Source: Candidatus Kaiserbacteria bacterium (lineage in GTDB: Bacteria; Patescibacteriota; Minisyncoccia; Phycocordibacterales; UBA2100). Taken from it: DNA of 64,000 nucleotides. The notes below the pieces were generated by a model. The model ran no database searches, was not told where the DNA came from, and saw nothing but the letters and a program-made list of their open reading frames with translations. This document shows, one piece after another, positions 48,126 to 60,300 of the stretch (its first letter is position 1; the number at the start of each line of letters is the position of its first letter). The DNA is taken from positions 730,274-794,273 of the forward strand of contig CP066682.1 of the NCBI GenBank assembly GCA_016432285.1. The letters are read 5' to 3'. Position numbers and translations under genes: made by a program.

Positions 48126-51100
48126 GGGGGGCTTCCCTCTTGGGACGGGGAGGATGAAGAAGGACATGCCGATGAGGAAGGCGATGGCTTGGACGAAAGA
48201 GGAGACGACGGAGGCGGCGGAAGCGGCGGAGTATTTGAAGGGCTGCTCGGCAAATGCCATGTACACGTACGTCCCCCCGCTCGCATTTGCACCAGCTGCC
48301 GTGTTTCGCTGCTTGAACCCATTGGCGAGAAAATCCATATCGTTGCAGGACGCGGTTTCCGCTGCGTTGGACTCCAATCCAAAACACGGACTGATCGGAT
48401 TACTCGTATCTCGCGCCGCATCGTATGTATTCCAAGAGTATCCGAGCGTGTCTGTCCGTTTGATCACTACGTACTTAGGTTTGAACCCCGTGTACACAAA
48501 CGGCCCATCGGCCGAGCCGTTGCCGGTGTAGGAGCCGAAGTCGGAGAAGCCGGAGATTTCATCAAAAAGATAGGCGACATAGTTGTTGCCGCTGGTATTC
48601 ACATCAGCATTGGTACCGAGCGAGAAGACGGATGCGGTCGGCGCGGTGTCGTTCCAGTAGGTGGCATCGTCGGCGGTCGCGGCTGTGCCGTTCATCAAGA
48701 GGTAATCGGTCTCCGGCGCTGAAGTATTGGCAGCGTGGTAGACCGCCCAGTCGTTGGTCGCGCCGCGGTCTTTTACGATCATAAATTCTGGTGCAGAAGA
48801 GAGCGAATGGCTGATTGTGCGATTGGCACCGGTGCCGGCGTACGGCACGATATCGAATCCGCTCGTCGGATCTTCCTTCCAAAGCCACGAGATGTAGTTG
48901 TTGCCGCTTGTGTTGAAGAGCGAATTTGTGCCGAGCGTGAAGCCGTTTTCCAAGAATGCGGTGAGTGCCGATGCCGAGCTCGTCTCAATCGTCGTCGCGT
49001 TTGAAGAAAGATACGGAAACGTACTGCGTAGCGAATCGAAGAGCCCGTGCGCATTCGCGCTCGTTCTGTCTTTTATCCATGTGAGCGTCGGCGTGAAGTC
49101 GAGCCCCGTCACCGAGAGCGCGGCCCCCGTCCCCGTGTACGTGAGCGCATCGAAGTAATCATCGGGCTGCGTAATCGTCGGCGTAGGAAGATTCGTGGTC
49201 GAGAGGGCTTTGAAATCCGTCGGTGGTGCGTATTGGAAGTACCCTCCTGCCGATGAGCGGTATGGAAGTACCGTTGCTGTTGATGTCGGCGAAGAAGACT
49301 GGCCGAAGTTGAAATTGTACGAATGAGTCTGCCCGCTGGTTTGGCCAGCACCCGCGCCAATGAAGAGCGGGCCAGTGAGACCAGTAAATGCCGAGTTCGT
49401 GCCCGCTGCCGGATCACCGCTCGCCTGCCACGTGCCATTTTTTGAAAACCAAATCTTTCCGTTATCCAAATCGAGCGCAACGCCAATAACGTCGTTGGTC
49501 GTAAAGGTGTCGCCATAGGCGCTGTCACTGCTGCTATTTCGCTTGTTTCCACCACCTGCGTACGTGTACGCGAGATAATTGCTCTCGAGAATACAGTTTT
49601 GAACGGATGACGCGCCGATGAGATATCCTCCGCTAACGCCCGTAGTTCCGGTCGGGACGATCTCGGCGTACCATTTGCCCGATGTGGGTCCGATGGAAGA
49701 GCGACCGAATGTATAACAAGCCGGCGACGCGGGAAAGCTGTCTATCGTTGCCGTGAGGTTTCCTTGAGCAGCCGTCAGATCACTCGACGAATTTGCCAGT
49801 ATGTTTAGAGTCGCAGACCCATTCGTCGGGGAATCCTTGACGTTGTCGGTCGCGTCGAGGTTGTTGGCCGTCCAGTCATTGTTGTTGCTACTCGTATCGT
49901 CGCCGGGGCTGGTGGAGGTGAGCGGCAGGTGGAATCCATTAGTGCCATACGTCCCCGAATATGTCTTCGGTCGCCAGTAGCCCGATGCGTCGTATTCGCC
50001 GAAGTCGGAGGGGGTGAGTGCTTGTCCGTCGATGGCGTAGAAATCCGCAAGGTAGCCGTCGTAGTAAGAGGTCCCGCTATGCTGTTTGCCGAAAGCGTGT
50101 ATGACATTGTCGAGAACGTTCACGTCCGAGTTTTGCGTCATTGATGTATAGCCGGAGCCCGACCACGTTTGTGCAACGCCATTGACCCAAAGCCGGATTC
50201 TATCCGCGGCAGTTGCCTGCGTACTGTCTACGGTAAAGACAATGTGGAGCCACGCACCTGGATCGCGAAACTTCGCGTTTGTTGTATAGCTCCAGGTCTC
50301 ATTACCTGCATAGCCATACAACGTATCGCTGGTCGTAAACCGGAGGCCGTCTGCCGAGTATGCCGACCAGTTGATAAGAAATTGCTCGGTCCCCAGATTT
50401 GCCCGCTTGACCCAAAAGCTGAACGTCGCTGTCTTGCCCGCACCCGTCCCCGCAGATGAGAACGTTTTGGTTAGACTCGCACTATCGTCATCATTGAAAC
50501 GCGTGCTCGATGCGATGGTGAGGTTGTACGCTTGCGCGGATTGCTGGAAGGGCTGTTCGGCGAATGCGGCGTAGACGTACGTGGCACCACTGGCATTGTA
50601 GTTGGCATCCGTCGCACGCGGCTTGAATCCGTTTGAGAGAAAATCCATCTGCCTACTTGATCCGTCGTCTGCGTTTGTCAGATTGGCGTAGATCATGATG
50701 TCGCGGAGATTACCGTCGCCAGCAGCGCTACGTCGGTTGTCCCAGATGTACCAGCCGTTCGTTGAGGCACTGTCGCTTCTTTTTACAAGCAAGAACGCCG
50801 GCTTGAATCCCGTATACACGAACGGCCCATCGCTTGAGCCGTTGCCGGTGTAGGAGCCAAAAGATGAGTAGCCGGTGGTAGAGGCGAAGAGGTAGGCGAC
50901 GTAGTTGTTGCCGCTTGTATTTACATCCGCGTTGGTGCCGAGCGAGAAGACGGATGCGGTCGGAGCCGTATCGTTCCAATATGTAGCGTCGTCGGCAGTT
51001 GCCGCAGTCGAATTGAGAAGCAGGTAATCGGTCTTTGGGTCAGAGGTGTTTGCGGTGTGGTACACCGCCCAGTCGTTGGTGGCACCGCGATCTTTGATGA

Positions 51101-53891
51101 TCATAAAGTCGGGGGCGACACCGAGCGAGTGGCTCACGGTGCGATTGGCTCCCGTGCCCGTGTAATTCACGATGTCGAAGCGCGAGGTCGTGTCTTCTTT
51201 CCAGTTCCAGCTCACATAATTGTTGCCGCTCGTGTTGAAGAGCGCATTGGTGCCGAGGGTAAATCCATTCGAGAGGAAGCTCGTGAGCGTGGTCGAGGCA
51301 CCGCCGGTCTCCGCCGTCGTCGCATTGGACGAGAGGTACGGGAAGACGGAGCGGATGGCATCGAAGAGCCCGTGCGCGTTCGCGCTCGTGCGGTCTTTAA
51401 TCCAGACGAGGGAGGGGGTGAAGCCGAAGGATACGCCGGTCGAGACGTAGGTAATTTTGATGATGCCTTGCGCCCCCGCGCCGCCATTGCCCGTGGTCGT
51501 TCCTCCATATCCGCCCGAGCCGCCGCCGCCGCCGTAACTGCCCCCGTTGCCGCCGGCCGAACCGGTCGGCTCTTGCCCCGAACCGCCGGCGCCACCGCCA
51601 CCAGAGCCATGAGTGGCGTCCCACTCGGTACCGTTACCTCCGTTGCCGCCCGCCGCCCCCGCCACACCAGTGCCTCCGGCACCGCCTAAACCATTACCGC
51701 CCTGCCCGCCACTGGTGCCTGCAACTCCAGCACCAAGACCTGCAGTGCTAACGCCATCGGCACCCGCACCACTTGGGCCGCCGGCGCCACCACCACCCTG
51801 CCCGGCATAGTTGTTGGAGATATAGCCGCCTGTCCCGCCATTATATTTCGTACTCCCTACTGAAGCCGATGCAAGCCCGCCGGCTCCGGAACCCGTCAAG
51901 TAAACTGCACCATTGCCTGCCTTTGCACACACCGAAACAGTGTCGGCACAAGTGTTTGCTGACCCCGATGTCCGATTAAAGAATGTATCTGTTCCGGCAC
52001 TACCGTTCGACCCGTTGGTCGCGCCGCCTGCACCTCCTGCACCGACCTGAAAAGTGACGTTCCCGCCGGGAGTAAGAGAAAGATTTGATACTTTTGAATA
52101 AGCTCCGCCGCCGCCGCCGCCGTGGTCGCCATCGGCAGTCCCATCACGAACGCCGCCGCCGCCGCCGCCGATTACCTCAATAGTGTTGCTCGCATTGCCC
52201 CAATCGCTCGGCACCTGCCAAGTTTTGGCCGTCGTGTCCGTGAGATATACCGTGACGGTTTGCCCGGCAGTAGATGCGGCTGCCCGCGATACAGACTGTG
52301 CGGCGCCGCTACCCGTGTACGCCACCGCGTCAAAATAATTCTTCGGCACCGTGACCGCCGGCTCCGGAAGATTGGCAGTAGAAATTGCTTTGAACCCCGT
52401 CGGAGGCGTGTACATAAAGTAGCCGCCGGCTGCCGAGTCGTAGGTAAGTGTCGTTGCGGTGGAGGTCGGATTTTTGGATTGCCCGAAAATCAGATAGCTT
52501 TCCGTACTTCTGCTTACTCCAGCATCCATTCCTACTACCGGAAAAATCGGCGTGGTGGTGGAGATGTTGGAGAAGGCGGCATTTGTGCCCGCCACCGGAT
52601 CGGAAGATTCAAACCATCCGCTTTCGTCGCGGACGAAGAGTTTTCCGGCATCTGCATCGATCGCAACACCTAGGGTCAGATCGAGAGAACACGTGGAGTA
52701 CGTCGGCCCATACGCCGTGAGCGTCGTGTTGTAGATGGTGCACGATTTACCGCCGGTACACGAGCCCGAATTGGCGGGTAGCCATCCCCAGCTATTCGTA
52801 GTTTGCCCTACATATTCATCTTTACTTGCGTTGGTATTTGCTACTCCTACTTCAACATTGCAAATTCCCGACAAGTTCGCACTGCGAGCTTCAAAATACC
52901 ACTTGCCGCTGGTGATACCCATCGTTGCAAAATCGGTGGCGTTGGTACCGGTCCGGCTTGAATACAGATTGCCTTGAGAGTACGTCGAGATGGAAGGCTT
53001 GTTGAGCACGTTCAGGGTCGGATACATATTGGTCGGCGTATCAACCTCTTGATCCGTCGCGTTGATATTGTTGGCGGTCCAGTCGTTGTTTTGGCCGCTC
53101 ACGTCGTTACCAAGATCCGAGCCGCTCGCGAAATCAAGCTTAAAGCCGTTGGTGCCGTAGGTTCCGGTGTAGCTTTTGGGTCGCCAGTAGCCGTTGGCGT
53201 CCGTCTCGCCAAACGACGATGGCGTCAGCGCCTGGCCGTCGATCAGATAGACATCGGAAAGGTAACCATCAAAGTATGTTGAGTTTGAGTTACCGAATCG
53301 CCCTATTGCATGTGGATCCGTGCCATTTACTCTCGTGTCGACGTTTTGCGACGGGTCGTTTGCATCGCGAGCGATTCGCTGGCCATTCACATAAAATATG
53401 ACCCTGTCACCTGCGGTAGCTGCTGTCGTGTCCACAGCGACTACCACGTGCATCCATTGTGAAGGGTCTCGAAATACCGCGGTACTTTGTGTAGTCGGCG
53501 CGTTTGAACTGCTTTCTCGGCGTTGGAATTGGAGCTTATCGGAGTTGAAAGATATCGACGTGTGATGATCACCCGCCGTTGGTTCAGCGCTAAAGAGGAT
53601 ACCGTCTGTGAGATTCGCCCGCTTCACCCATGCACTCCACGTCCACGTCTTTTTATTTCCTGCGCTACTGGGCGTGCGCGACAGTCGAGCACTGTCGTCG
53701 TCGTTGAAGCGCGCGGAATTCGATATTGAATACGCGGCTTTGGCTTCCGGAAGCTGGAGGAGCACAAATTGCGTCGCAAATATCGCCAAGGAGATGAGAA
53801 GCGCGGTCGCGATACGGTGATGCCAGAGGTATCCCCCGATTGCGGGAATATATTTAGAGTTTAAAGATTTAAATGTTGGAAGCGGGAGCAT
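48033..53891 (-). CDS. Giant secreted protein with duplicated LamG/SPRY-like and phage-virion-like modules plus a Gly-rich domain
   Basis: Signal/TM segment; two copies each of TWSAWVKR..WMHVV (LamG-like), SGKWYFE..GVALD (SPRY-like) and YTGNG..GPFVYTGFKP modules. Confidence 0.75.
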   Translation of the reverse strand: MLPLPTFKSLNSKYIPAIGGYLWHHRIATALLISLAIFATQFVLLQLPEAKAAYSISNSARFNDDDSARLSRTPSSAGNKKTWTWSAWVKRANLTDGILFSAEPTAGDHHTSISFNSDKLQFQRRESSSNAPTTQSTAVFRDPSQWMHVVVAVDTTAATAGDRVIFYVNGQRIARDANDPSQNVDTRVNGTDPHAIGRFGNSNSTYFDGYLSDVYLIDGQALTPSSFGETDANGYWRPKSYTGTYGTNGFKLDFASGSDLGNDVSGQNNDWTANNINATDQEVDTPTNMYPTLNVLNKPSISTYSQGNLYSSRTGTNATDFATMGITSGKWYFEARSANLSGICNVEVGVANTNASKDEYVGQTTNSWGWLPANSGSCTGGKSCTIYNTTLTAYGPTYSTCSLDLTLGVAIDADAGKLFVRDESGWFESSDPVAGTNAAFSNISTTTPIFPVVGMDAGVSRSTESYLIFGQSKNPTSTATTLTYDSAAGGYFMYTPPTGFKAISTANLPEPAVTVPKNYFDAVAYTGSGAAQSVSRAAASTAGQTVTVYLTDTTAKTWQVPSDWGNASNTIEVIGGGGGGVRDGTADGDHGGGGGGAYSKVSNLSLTPGGNVTFQVGAGGAGGATNGSNGSAGTDTFFNRTSGSANTCADTVSVCAKAGNGAVYLTGSGAGGLASASVGSTKYNGGTGGYISNNYAGQGGGGAGGPSGAGADGVSTAGLGAGVAGTSGGQGGNGLGGAGGTGVAGAAGGNGGNGTEWDATHGSGGGGAGGSGQEPTGSAGGNGGSYGGGGGSGGYGGTTTGNGGAGAQGIIKITYVSTGVSFGFTPSLVWIKDRTSANAHGLFDAIRSVFPYLSSNATTAETGGASTTLTSFLSNGFTLGTNALFNTSGNNYVSWNWKEDTTSRFDIVNYTGTGANRTVSHSLGVAPDFMIIKDRGATNDWAVYHTANTSDPKTDYLLLNSTAATADDATYWNDTAPTASVFSLGTNADVNTSGNNYVAYLFASTTGYSSFGSYTGNGSSDGPFVYTGFKPAFLLVKRSDSASTNGWYIWDNRRSAAGDGNLRDIMIYANLTNADDGSSRQMDFLSNGFKPRATDANYNASGATYVYAAFAEQPFQQSAQAYNLTIASSTRFNDDDSASLTKTFSSAGTGAGKTATFSFWVKRANLGTEQFLINWSAYSADGLRFTTSDTLYGYAGNETWSYTTNAKFRDPGAWLHIVFTVDSTQATAADRIRLWVNGVAQTWSGSGYTSMTQNSDVNVLDNVIHAFGKQHSGTSYYDGYLADFYAIDGQALTPSDFGEYDASGYWRPKTYSGTYGTNGFHLPLTSTSPGDDTSSNNNDWTANNLDATDNVKDSPTNGSATLNILANSSSDLTAAQGNLTATIDSFPASPACYTFGRSSIGPTSGKWYAEIVPTGTTGVSGGYLIGASSVQNCILESNYLAYTYAGGGNKRNSSSDSAYGDTFTTNDVIGVALDLDNGKIWFSKNGTWQASGDPAAGTNSAFTGLTGPLFIGAGAGQTSGQTHSYNFNFGQSSSPTSTATVLPYRSSAGGYFQYAPPTDFKALSTTNLPTPTITQPDDYFDALTYTGTGAALSVTGLDFTPTLTWIKDRTSANAHGLFDSLRSTFPYLSSNATTIETSSASALTAFLENGFTLGTNSLFNTSGNNYISWLWKEDPTSGFDIVPYAGTGANRTISHSLSSAPEFMIVKDRGATNDWAVYHAANTSAPETDYLLMNGTAATADDATYWNDTAPTASVFSLGTNADVNTSGNNYVAYLFDEISGFSDFGSYTGNGSADGPFVYTGFKPKYVVIKRTDTLGYSWNTYDAARDTSNPISPCFGLESNAAETASCNDMDFLANGFKQRNTAAGANASGGTYVYMAFAEQPFKYSAASAASVVSSFVQAIAFLIGMSFFILPVPRGKPPTGRLNLPVDAPPRSRWKAKPSSERRDPPTL

Positions 53892-53892
53892 A

Positions 53893-54384
53893 TCAGGATT
53901 TTATATCACCTCCCGGTGTGTAGAGGTGTGGATGAATCTTTGAAAGCTCCTTGCGTGCATTGCGCATAAACTCTTGCGCTTCTCGCTCGTCCTTGCTCAA
54001 TTCCCGTTTGCGTTGCAAACCGCTGTGCGGAGATGATTTGAGTGCCCTGATGAACGACGCGGTAAGTCTCGATGCCTGCTCTGCCAAATCATTTAAATAT
54101 TTAAATGTTTGAATATTCAAATACCCTATGTCATTTGCGATGTAGAGCTGTGCCCGCACCTCGCCGCACGATGCTTTTGCAATATAGAGGTAATTCAAAA
54201 ACCCCTCGCGTGTTCCCGACTCAAATCCTTCCGCGATGTTTGATACGACCGATACCAAAGCTCGCTGTATTTGATCGGTGAATCCTCTATCGTGACAACC
54301 ACGAAACACCTTGTAGACTTCGCGTGCTAGTTCTCGCCCCTTTTTCCAGGCCAGCAGCTCTTCAAATCTGTGCACAGTCGCCAT
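53893..54384 (-). CDS. Four-helix-bundle protein (23S rRNA IVS protein / Avd-like family)
   Basis: FEELLAWKK, DQIQRALVSVVSNIAEGFE, IAKASCGEVRAQL. Confidence 0.88.
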   Translation of the reverse strand: MATVHRFEELLAWKKGRELAREVYKVFRGCHDRGFTDQIQRALVSVVSNIAEGFESGTREGFLNYLYIAKASCGEVRAQLYIANDIGYLNIQTFKYLNDLAEQASRLTASFIRALKSSPHSGLQRKRELSKDEREAQEFMRNARKELSKIHPHLYTPGGDIKS

Positions 54385-54387
54385 GCA

Positions 54388-57300
54388 CTAGAAGTTGGTC
54401 GCGGCAGCGCCGAATACTTGCGTCGCGGAAGAAGTGGCGTAGGTAGCGATGAATGTCGCGAGGTCGCACTTATTTGCAGTCGTGGTGAGGGTTGGCGCCG
54501 TGCCGCTTTGCCAGTTGACGCTGCCCCACGTGACAGTGCGCGATCCTGTGCCGTCCTGACACACCACAAGCCGCAAGATCTGTCCGGCGACATAGTTGGA
54601 GAAGTTGATTGTGCGGTTGCCACCGAGCGTTACGCGCTGCTGGTTGCCGTCACGCCAGTTGACTGTGATCGTCGCTCCATCAGTGAGCGCGTTCTCCACC
54701 GTCGTGATGGCGCCTCCGGCACCCACGGTGAATTTCGCCCACGGACTTGAGGTGCCCACACCGAGCTTGCCGTCGCTCGTGAAGACGAGGAGCGACTGAT
54801 TCGTCGTCGAAGCGATTTGCAAGAAGTTGCTTGTATCGTCGCTCGTCTCGATCGTGAGTTTGTATGCGGGCGTAGATGTGCCGATGCCGATTTTATTTTC
54901 CGCGACAATATTTCCGGTGCCAGTGGGATTGCCCGAAGGGCACGAGCCGCCGGTGCAAGACCAGAGATTATCGTCGTTGAGGAAGATGTCGTTGCCCGAC
55001 GGATCGATCGTTAGATCACCCGAAGCGTCGGTGAGGAATTGCGTGTAGCGTCCGGCATCGTACGCGAGTGCGAGTTGGGCGGTAGAGACCGCATCGGCGA
55101 CCGAAAGCTTGCGGAAAGGCGTCGTCGTGCCGACACCGAGGTACCCGGCGCTCGAAAGGCGCATCGCCTCGGTGAGCGAGCCCGACTGGAGCGTTGAGAA
55201 GACGAGATCCCCTTGGCCAGCTCCATAGTTCTGCTGGAGGATCGACGCGATTGCGGCCGTCGAAGTGCTGTTGCCGAGCACGTCGAGCGCTCGGAAGGTG
55301 AGGCGCGAAGCGCTCGAGGTGGCGCTCGCGAGATTCGAGAGGAAGAGGTTGTCGAAGGTGGAACCGCTCGAAGCGCCTGCAATCTCCATCTTAGCTGACG
55401 GAGTCGTGGTGCCGACACCGAAGTTGCCAGACGTCGTAAGGAAGATTGTAGAAGTTGCAGTAAGACTTGTTCCTGCTGCTTGGTAGAACGGAAGTTGTCC
55501 TTGCGTGCCGCTTCCGACGCTCCCGCCGAGACACGATCCGTTGACCGAAAAGCAGCCATCGTTGAGGTTGATGCCGTTCGCGGCAGTGGAGGTGGCACTG
55601 CCTGTCAGATTGAAAGCGGTCATTTGCAGGGCTCCGTACACTGTTGAGGTTCCACTATTTATAAAGTTGGCCACGTTGCCGATTGAAAAGACTGACGCGG
55701 GCGAGGAGGTACCGATCCCCACGAGCCCGTTGGCGTCGATAGCGAAGACGCTGGACGTAGCAAAACCCGAAGTGGAGGAAGAGATCGCAAAGAGCGGTGC
55801 CGTACCTCCCGCAGCGCCCGCGACCGAGAGCCGGGCAAAGGGCGAAGTGGTGCCCACACCGAAGCCCGTCGATGTCCAGCGCGTCAGCTCCGAGCCGCCG
55901 ACGATCGCGTTGATGTTGCCGGAGACGCCGGCCGCAAAACCGGTCGTGGAATCGCCGCGGCTGACGATGATATTTGGAGTCGTTTGTGTAACTCCGCTTG
56001 CATTCAAGAGCGAGAAACCCGCGGAGTTTGTCGAGCTCAAGGTGCCGCCGGTCGTGATCGCGCTTCCCACAGTGAGTCGAGCCGTACCTGCGGAGGAAAT
56101 AACGACCGAGCCACTGCTGTTGTAAATTCCCGAGTTTGAGTTGTTGGTAAAGGCGAGTGCGGGCGAGGATGCCGAGCCATCAGCGAGATAGCCGACGCCA
56201 GCGATCGAAAGCGCGGTGGTGGAAGCGTACGGGAACGTGTTGGCGGAGGTGGAGGTGACGGTAATCGCGCCGGTGGTGTCGATGGTCGTCGTTGCAGTGG
56301 CGCCGAAATACGCAGGGCCGTACGAAGAGAAGAGTGTCGTGGAAGCGCGCGGCAGTGTGGTGAGGCCGCTTACCGTGAGCGTTCCCGCACCCGAAATATT
56401 ACCCGCAGTGTCGATTGTGGTTGTGGCGGTCGAACCGAAGTAGGCGGGACCGTAGGCGGAGAGAAGAGTCGTCGAGGCGCGCGGCAGTGTGGTGAGGCCG
56501 CTCACCGTGAGCGATGAGAGCACCGTGGCACCCGCGTCGAGCGTATCGGCACCGATGTTGATCGCTCCGAAACCGGTGGTGATCTGACCGCTGTCGAGCG
56601 CTCCGACCGAAGTGAGCGACGAGCCGACTACGCTTGACCCGAGCGTCGTGCCGTTTAGCGCGAGCGCGTTGTTGATGAGGAACGCGCCGCCCGAAGCGAG
56701 GTTGAGGTTGCCGCCAGTGAGCGTGATGCCGCCCGAGAAAGTAGAGGTGGCGCTGTTGCCCACGATCGAGGTGGTGGCTGTACCGCCGATACTCAAGGTG
56801 CCGTAGCTTGTTGCGGACGAGAAGGTACTGGCACCCGCGGTGAGAGCACTGGATCCGATGTTGATGGAACTAAATCCGGAGCCGATGGACCCGGCGGTGA
56901 GTGCGCCGACTGTCGTGATCGAGGTCTGACCAACGTACGTAGAAGAAATATCGATCGCGTCGGCCGTCACCGAAATCCTGTTGGCCGTTCCCACCGCATT
57001 CACCGTATTACCGCTTTTGGTGAGACCATCGCCCGCGGTGATCTCGGATGATCCCGAGAATTGAGTGAATGAGAGCGAGGTGCTGTCGAGCGTGATGGTG
57101 GCCGGAGTAATCAGGGACCAGCCGGTGTTGGCGTATGCGGTTCCCTCAGTTACGAACGTGTACATCCCGGTAATCACTTCCGAATTCTCATTGGCGTCTG
57201 ACGAGCGCGACCACGCGCCAGCCGCGACTACATAGATGCCGTTGGCGCTCGCCGTACTCTGCCCCATCACCAACACGCGATCGCCCGCGATCGCCGAGAC

Positions 57301-60300
57301 GCCATCGATCGTCTGCGTGCCGGAGAGCGTGATATTGGAAGTGGTCGCGAGGCGCACCGATGCTCTCACCGAAAGCCCCTGCGCGATCGCGTCGACGTAC
57401 GCCTTCGTCGCTGCTTCTTGTGCGGAAGTCGGATCCGCAAGACCGGTGATCTTCTTGCCTCCGAATGCCACATCACCCGAAAACGTGGTGGTCGCCGCCG
57501 AGAGTGTGCCCGTAACCGACACATTGCCCGTGAAAGATCCCGTGCCATTGATGGTGAGATTGCCGGACCCGGTGATTGCGGAGCCGACGATCGAAGAGAA
57601 GGTCGCGGCACCGCCGGTGATCGGCGACGAGCCGATGTCGATAGCGCCAAAACCGCTGCCGAGCGCTCCGGATGTGAGCGTGCCGACCGTCGTGATCGAC
57701 GTTTGTCCGACGTAGCTCGAGGAGATATCGACGCTGTCAGCGTTGACCGTGATGCGGTTGCTCGTCCCGACCACGTCGAGCGTGTTGCCAGATTTAGTGA
57801 GCCCACTGCCAGCCGTGATCTGCCCCGCACCGGAGAACTGCGTGAATGCGAGGAGCGAGGTACCAAGCGTAATCGGATCCGCCGTTGTGAGCACCCAGCC
57901 CGAGTTCGCGTTGATCGTGCCTTCAGAAATGAACGTGAAGAGTCCGGAGCCGACCTCCGCGTTCGTGTCCGCGTCTTCCGAGCGGGTCCACACACCGGCA
58001 GACACCGCATACAGACCGTTCTTCGTTTGGTCGGTCTGATTTTTCACAAGCACGCGATCACCCGCCACGAGCGACACGCCGTCGACCGTCTGCTCACCGG
58101 AGAGTGTGATGTTCGCCGTGGTGGCCGCGCGCACCGAATCCTTGAGGTCAAGTCCTTGCGCCACCGAATCGACGTAGGATTTGTTGGCCGCGTCGCCGCT
58201 GTCGCTCGGCGTGGCGACGCCCGTGATCTTTTTCGTATTGAGCTGTAGCTCGCCCGAGAGAGTGGTGGTCGCGGCGGCGAGCGTGGTGCCGACCGAAAGC
58301 GAGCTAGAGAGTGTGGCGGCGCCTGTCACACCGAGCGTGCCGCCGATCGAGGCGTTGTTGGTGACAGAGAGTCCGGTGCCCGTGCCTGCAGCAGTGAGCG
58401 TGCCGTCGGCGCGGAGTGTCGAGTAAAAGCGGCTCGCGCCGGTAGCTTGGAGCGTCGAGGAGGCCGCAAATGCACTCGTCAGCCCGAGCGTGCCCGCGAT
58501 CGTCGTATTGCCTGTTGCGGGGGCGACGATGAAGCTGCTGCCGCCCACGGTGAAGTTGCCGGTCGTCACGTCGAGGCCATTCGTGGCGTCGACGTTGCCC
58601 GCAAACGTAACCTGCCCCGTGCCCGTCTGGTTGATAGGCCCAGTCGCAGAAAATGTGAGTGAGCTACCGCCCGAGATCGTAAGATCACCCGAGATGTCAG
58701 TGGCTACGTCGACATCGAGTCCGGTCGTGGGAGCAGCAGTGCCGATCCCAACGCGGCCGGAGTTTTGCTGCACGACGAATTTGCTGGTCTGTGCCGTGAT
58801 GCCGCCCGCAAAGGTCGAGGTCGCACTCGAGGAAGTCGCGACCAGATTCGCGGCGTCGAGGAAGGAGGAGAAGCGGCCGCCGCCCGTTACTTCGAAGGGA
58901 TAGCTGGGAGAAGCGGTGAGCACTCCGAGCCTTCCCGAGGAGTCGAAGGTGGATGTCGCGGAGCCGCCAAAGTATGCGCGGTCGAAGACCGAAAGCCGTG
59001 TCGTCGATGCTCCGGAGGAAAAGAGCTGCAACGCGCTCCACGAATTCGAGACGCTCGGCGACGCATAGTCGCTTCCTGCGGTGGCCACCGAAACGAGGCC
59101 GACCGAAGAGGTTTTCAAGATACCGCTTGGCGAACCGGAGACCGTAAGATTCGTCGTGCTTGCCGTGCCGAAATAGCCGGTGCCGGAAACCGAGAGCGCG
59201 GTCGACGACGCATACGGAAATACGTTGGCAAAGACCGCTGTCACGGTGATCGCGCCCGTCGTACCGATTGTGGTCGTGCCAGTCGCGCCGAAATACGAAG
59301 GGCCGTACGAGGAGAGAAGTGTTGTCGATGCGCGCGCGAATGACGCGAGGCCCGTGGCGCTCAAGGTGCCGCCCACCGAGAGGTTGCCCGATGCGTCAAG
59401 CGACGATGTCGCCGTCCCGCCGAAGTACGCCGTGCCGAAATTGGAAAAGTTCGTACTGGACGCGCCTGCGGAGAAGAGCTGGAGCGCGGTCCAGGTGTTG
59501 GCAGATGTCGTCCCAAACGCGGTGGAAAGCGTACCGGAAGTGAACACCAAACCATTGCCAACGGTCGCAGCTTGCACGCCCCCGGAGCTATTCGTCGACA
59601 GCAGCGAAGAAGGCGCGCCGGAAATAGTTAGATTGCTTGTTGAGGCAGTCGTGAAGTAGCCGCTTGTGGCGCTAAAGGCGGTCGAGCTTCCGTAGGTGAG
59701 GGTAAGCTTACCTGCCGAGTCGAACGACGATGTCGCCGTCCCGCCGAAGTACGCCGTGCCGAAATTGGAAAAGTTCGTACTGGACGCTCCCGCAGAAAAA
59801 AGCTGCAAGGCGGTCCAGGTGTTGGCATCGGAGAGCGAAGCGCCTCCACCGCCTCCCACGATGCACGTGCCGTCGACCGCAAAACAACCATCGGAAATAT
59901 CGATGCCGTTTGCAAAAGTCGTGGTTGCCGAACCTGTAACCGCAAGACGTGTTGATGTCGCGTTGCCAAATGAGACGTCGCCGGAGATGCTGAGAGAGGA
60001 CCCGGAAATTGATGCGCCGCTGATCGAACCGCCGGAGAATGTCGAGTTGGTAATGCTGACGCTCGAGAGGTTGTCGATACGCTGCGTTACCGCGATCATG
60101 TTGACCACGCCCCCCGAAGCAACGGGCGACGACGCGCTCGTGATTCCGTAGATCTGTGCAACAAGCTTGTTGTCGAGTTCGTTCAGCTTCGATTCCAAAA
60201 TCGATTCAGTGATGCCACCGACACTCACAATACGCTCCGTCTCAATCACGCGTTCGATGACCGGCTGGTTGATGATGGTTTGCGCAAGCGCCGCGCCGCC

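Noticed and set aside
48033-54384. Diversity-generating retroelement (Avd-like gene next to a protein with internal repeats)
   Set aside because: No reverse transcriptase is in the window. The duplicated segments (about 48570-48790 and 50890-51110) are both coding and differ mostly at synonymous sites, not specifically at adenines.
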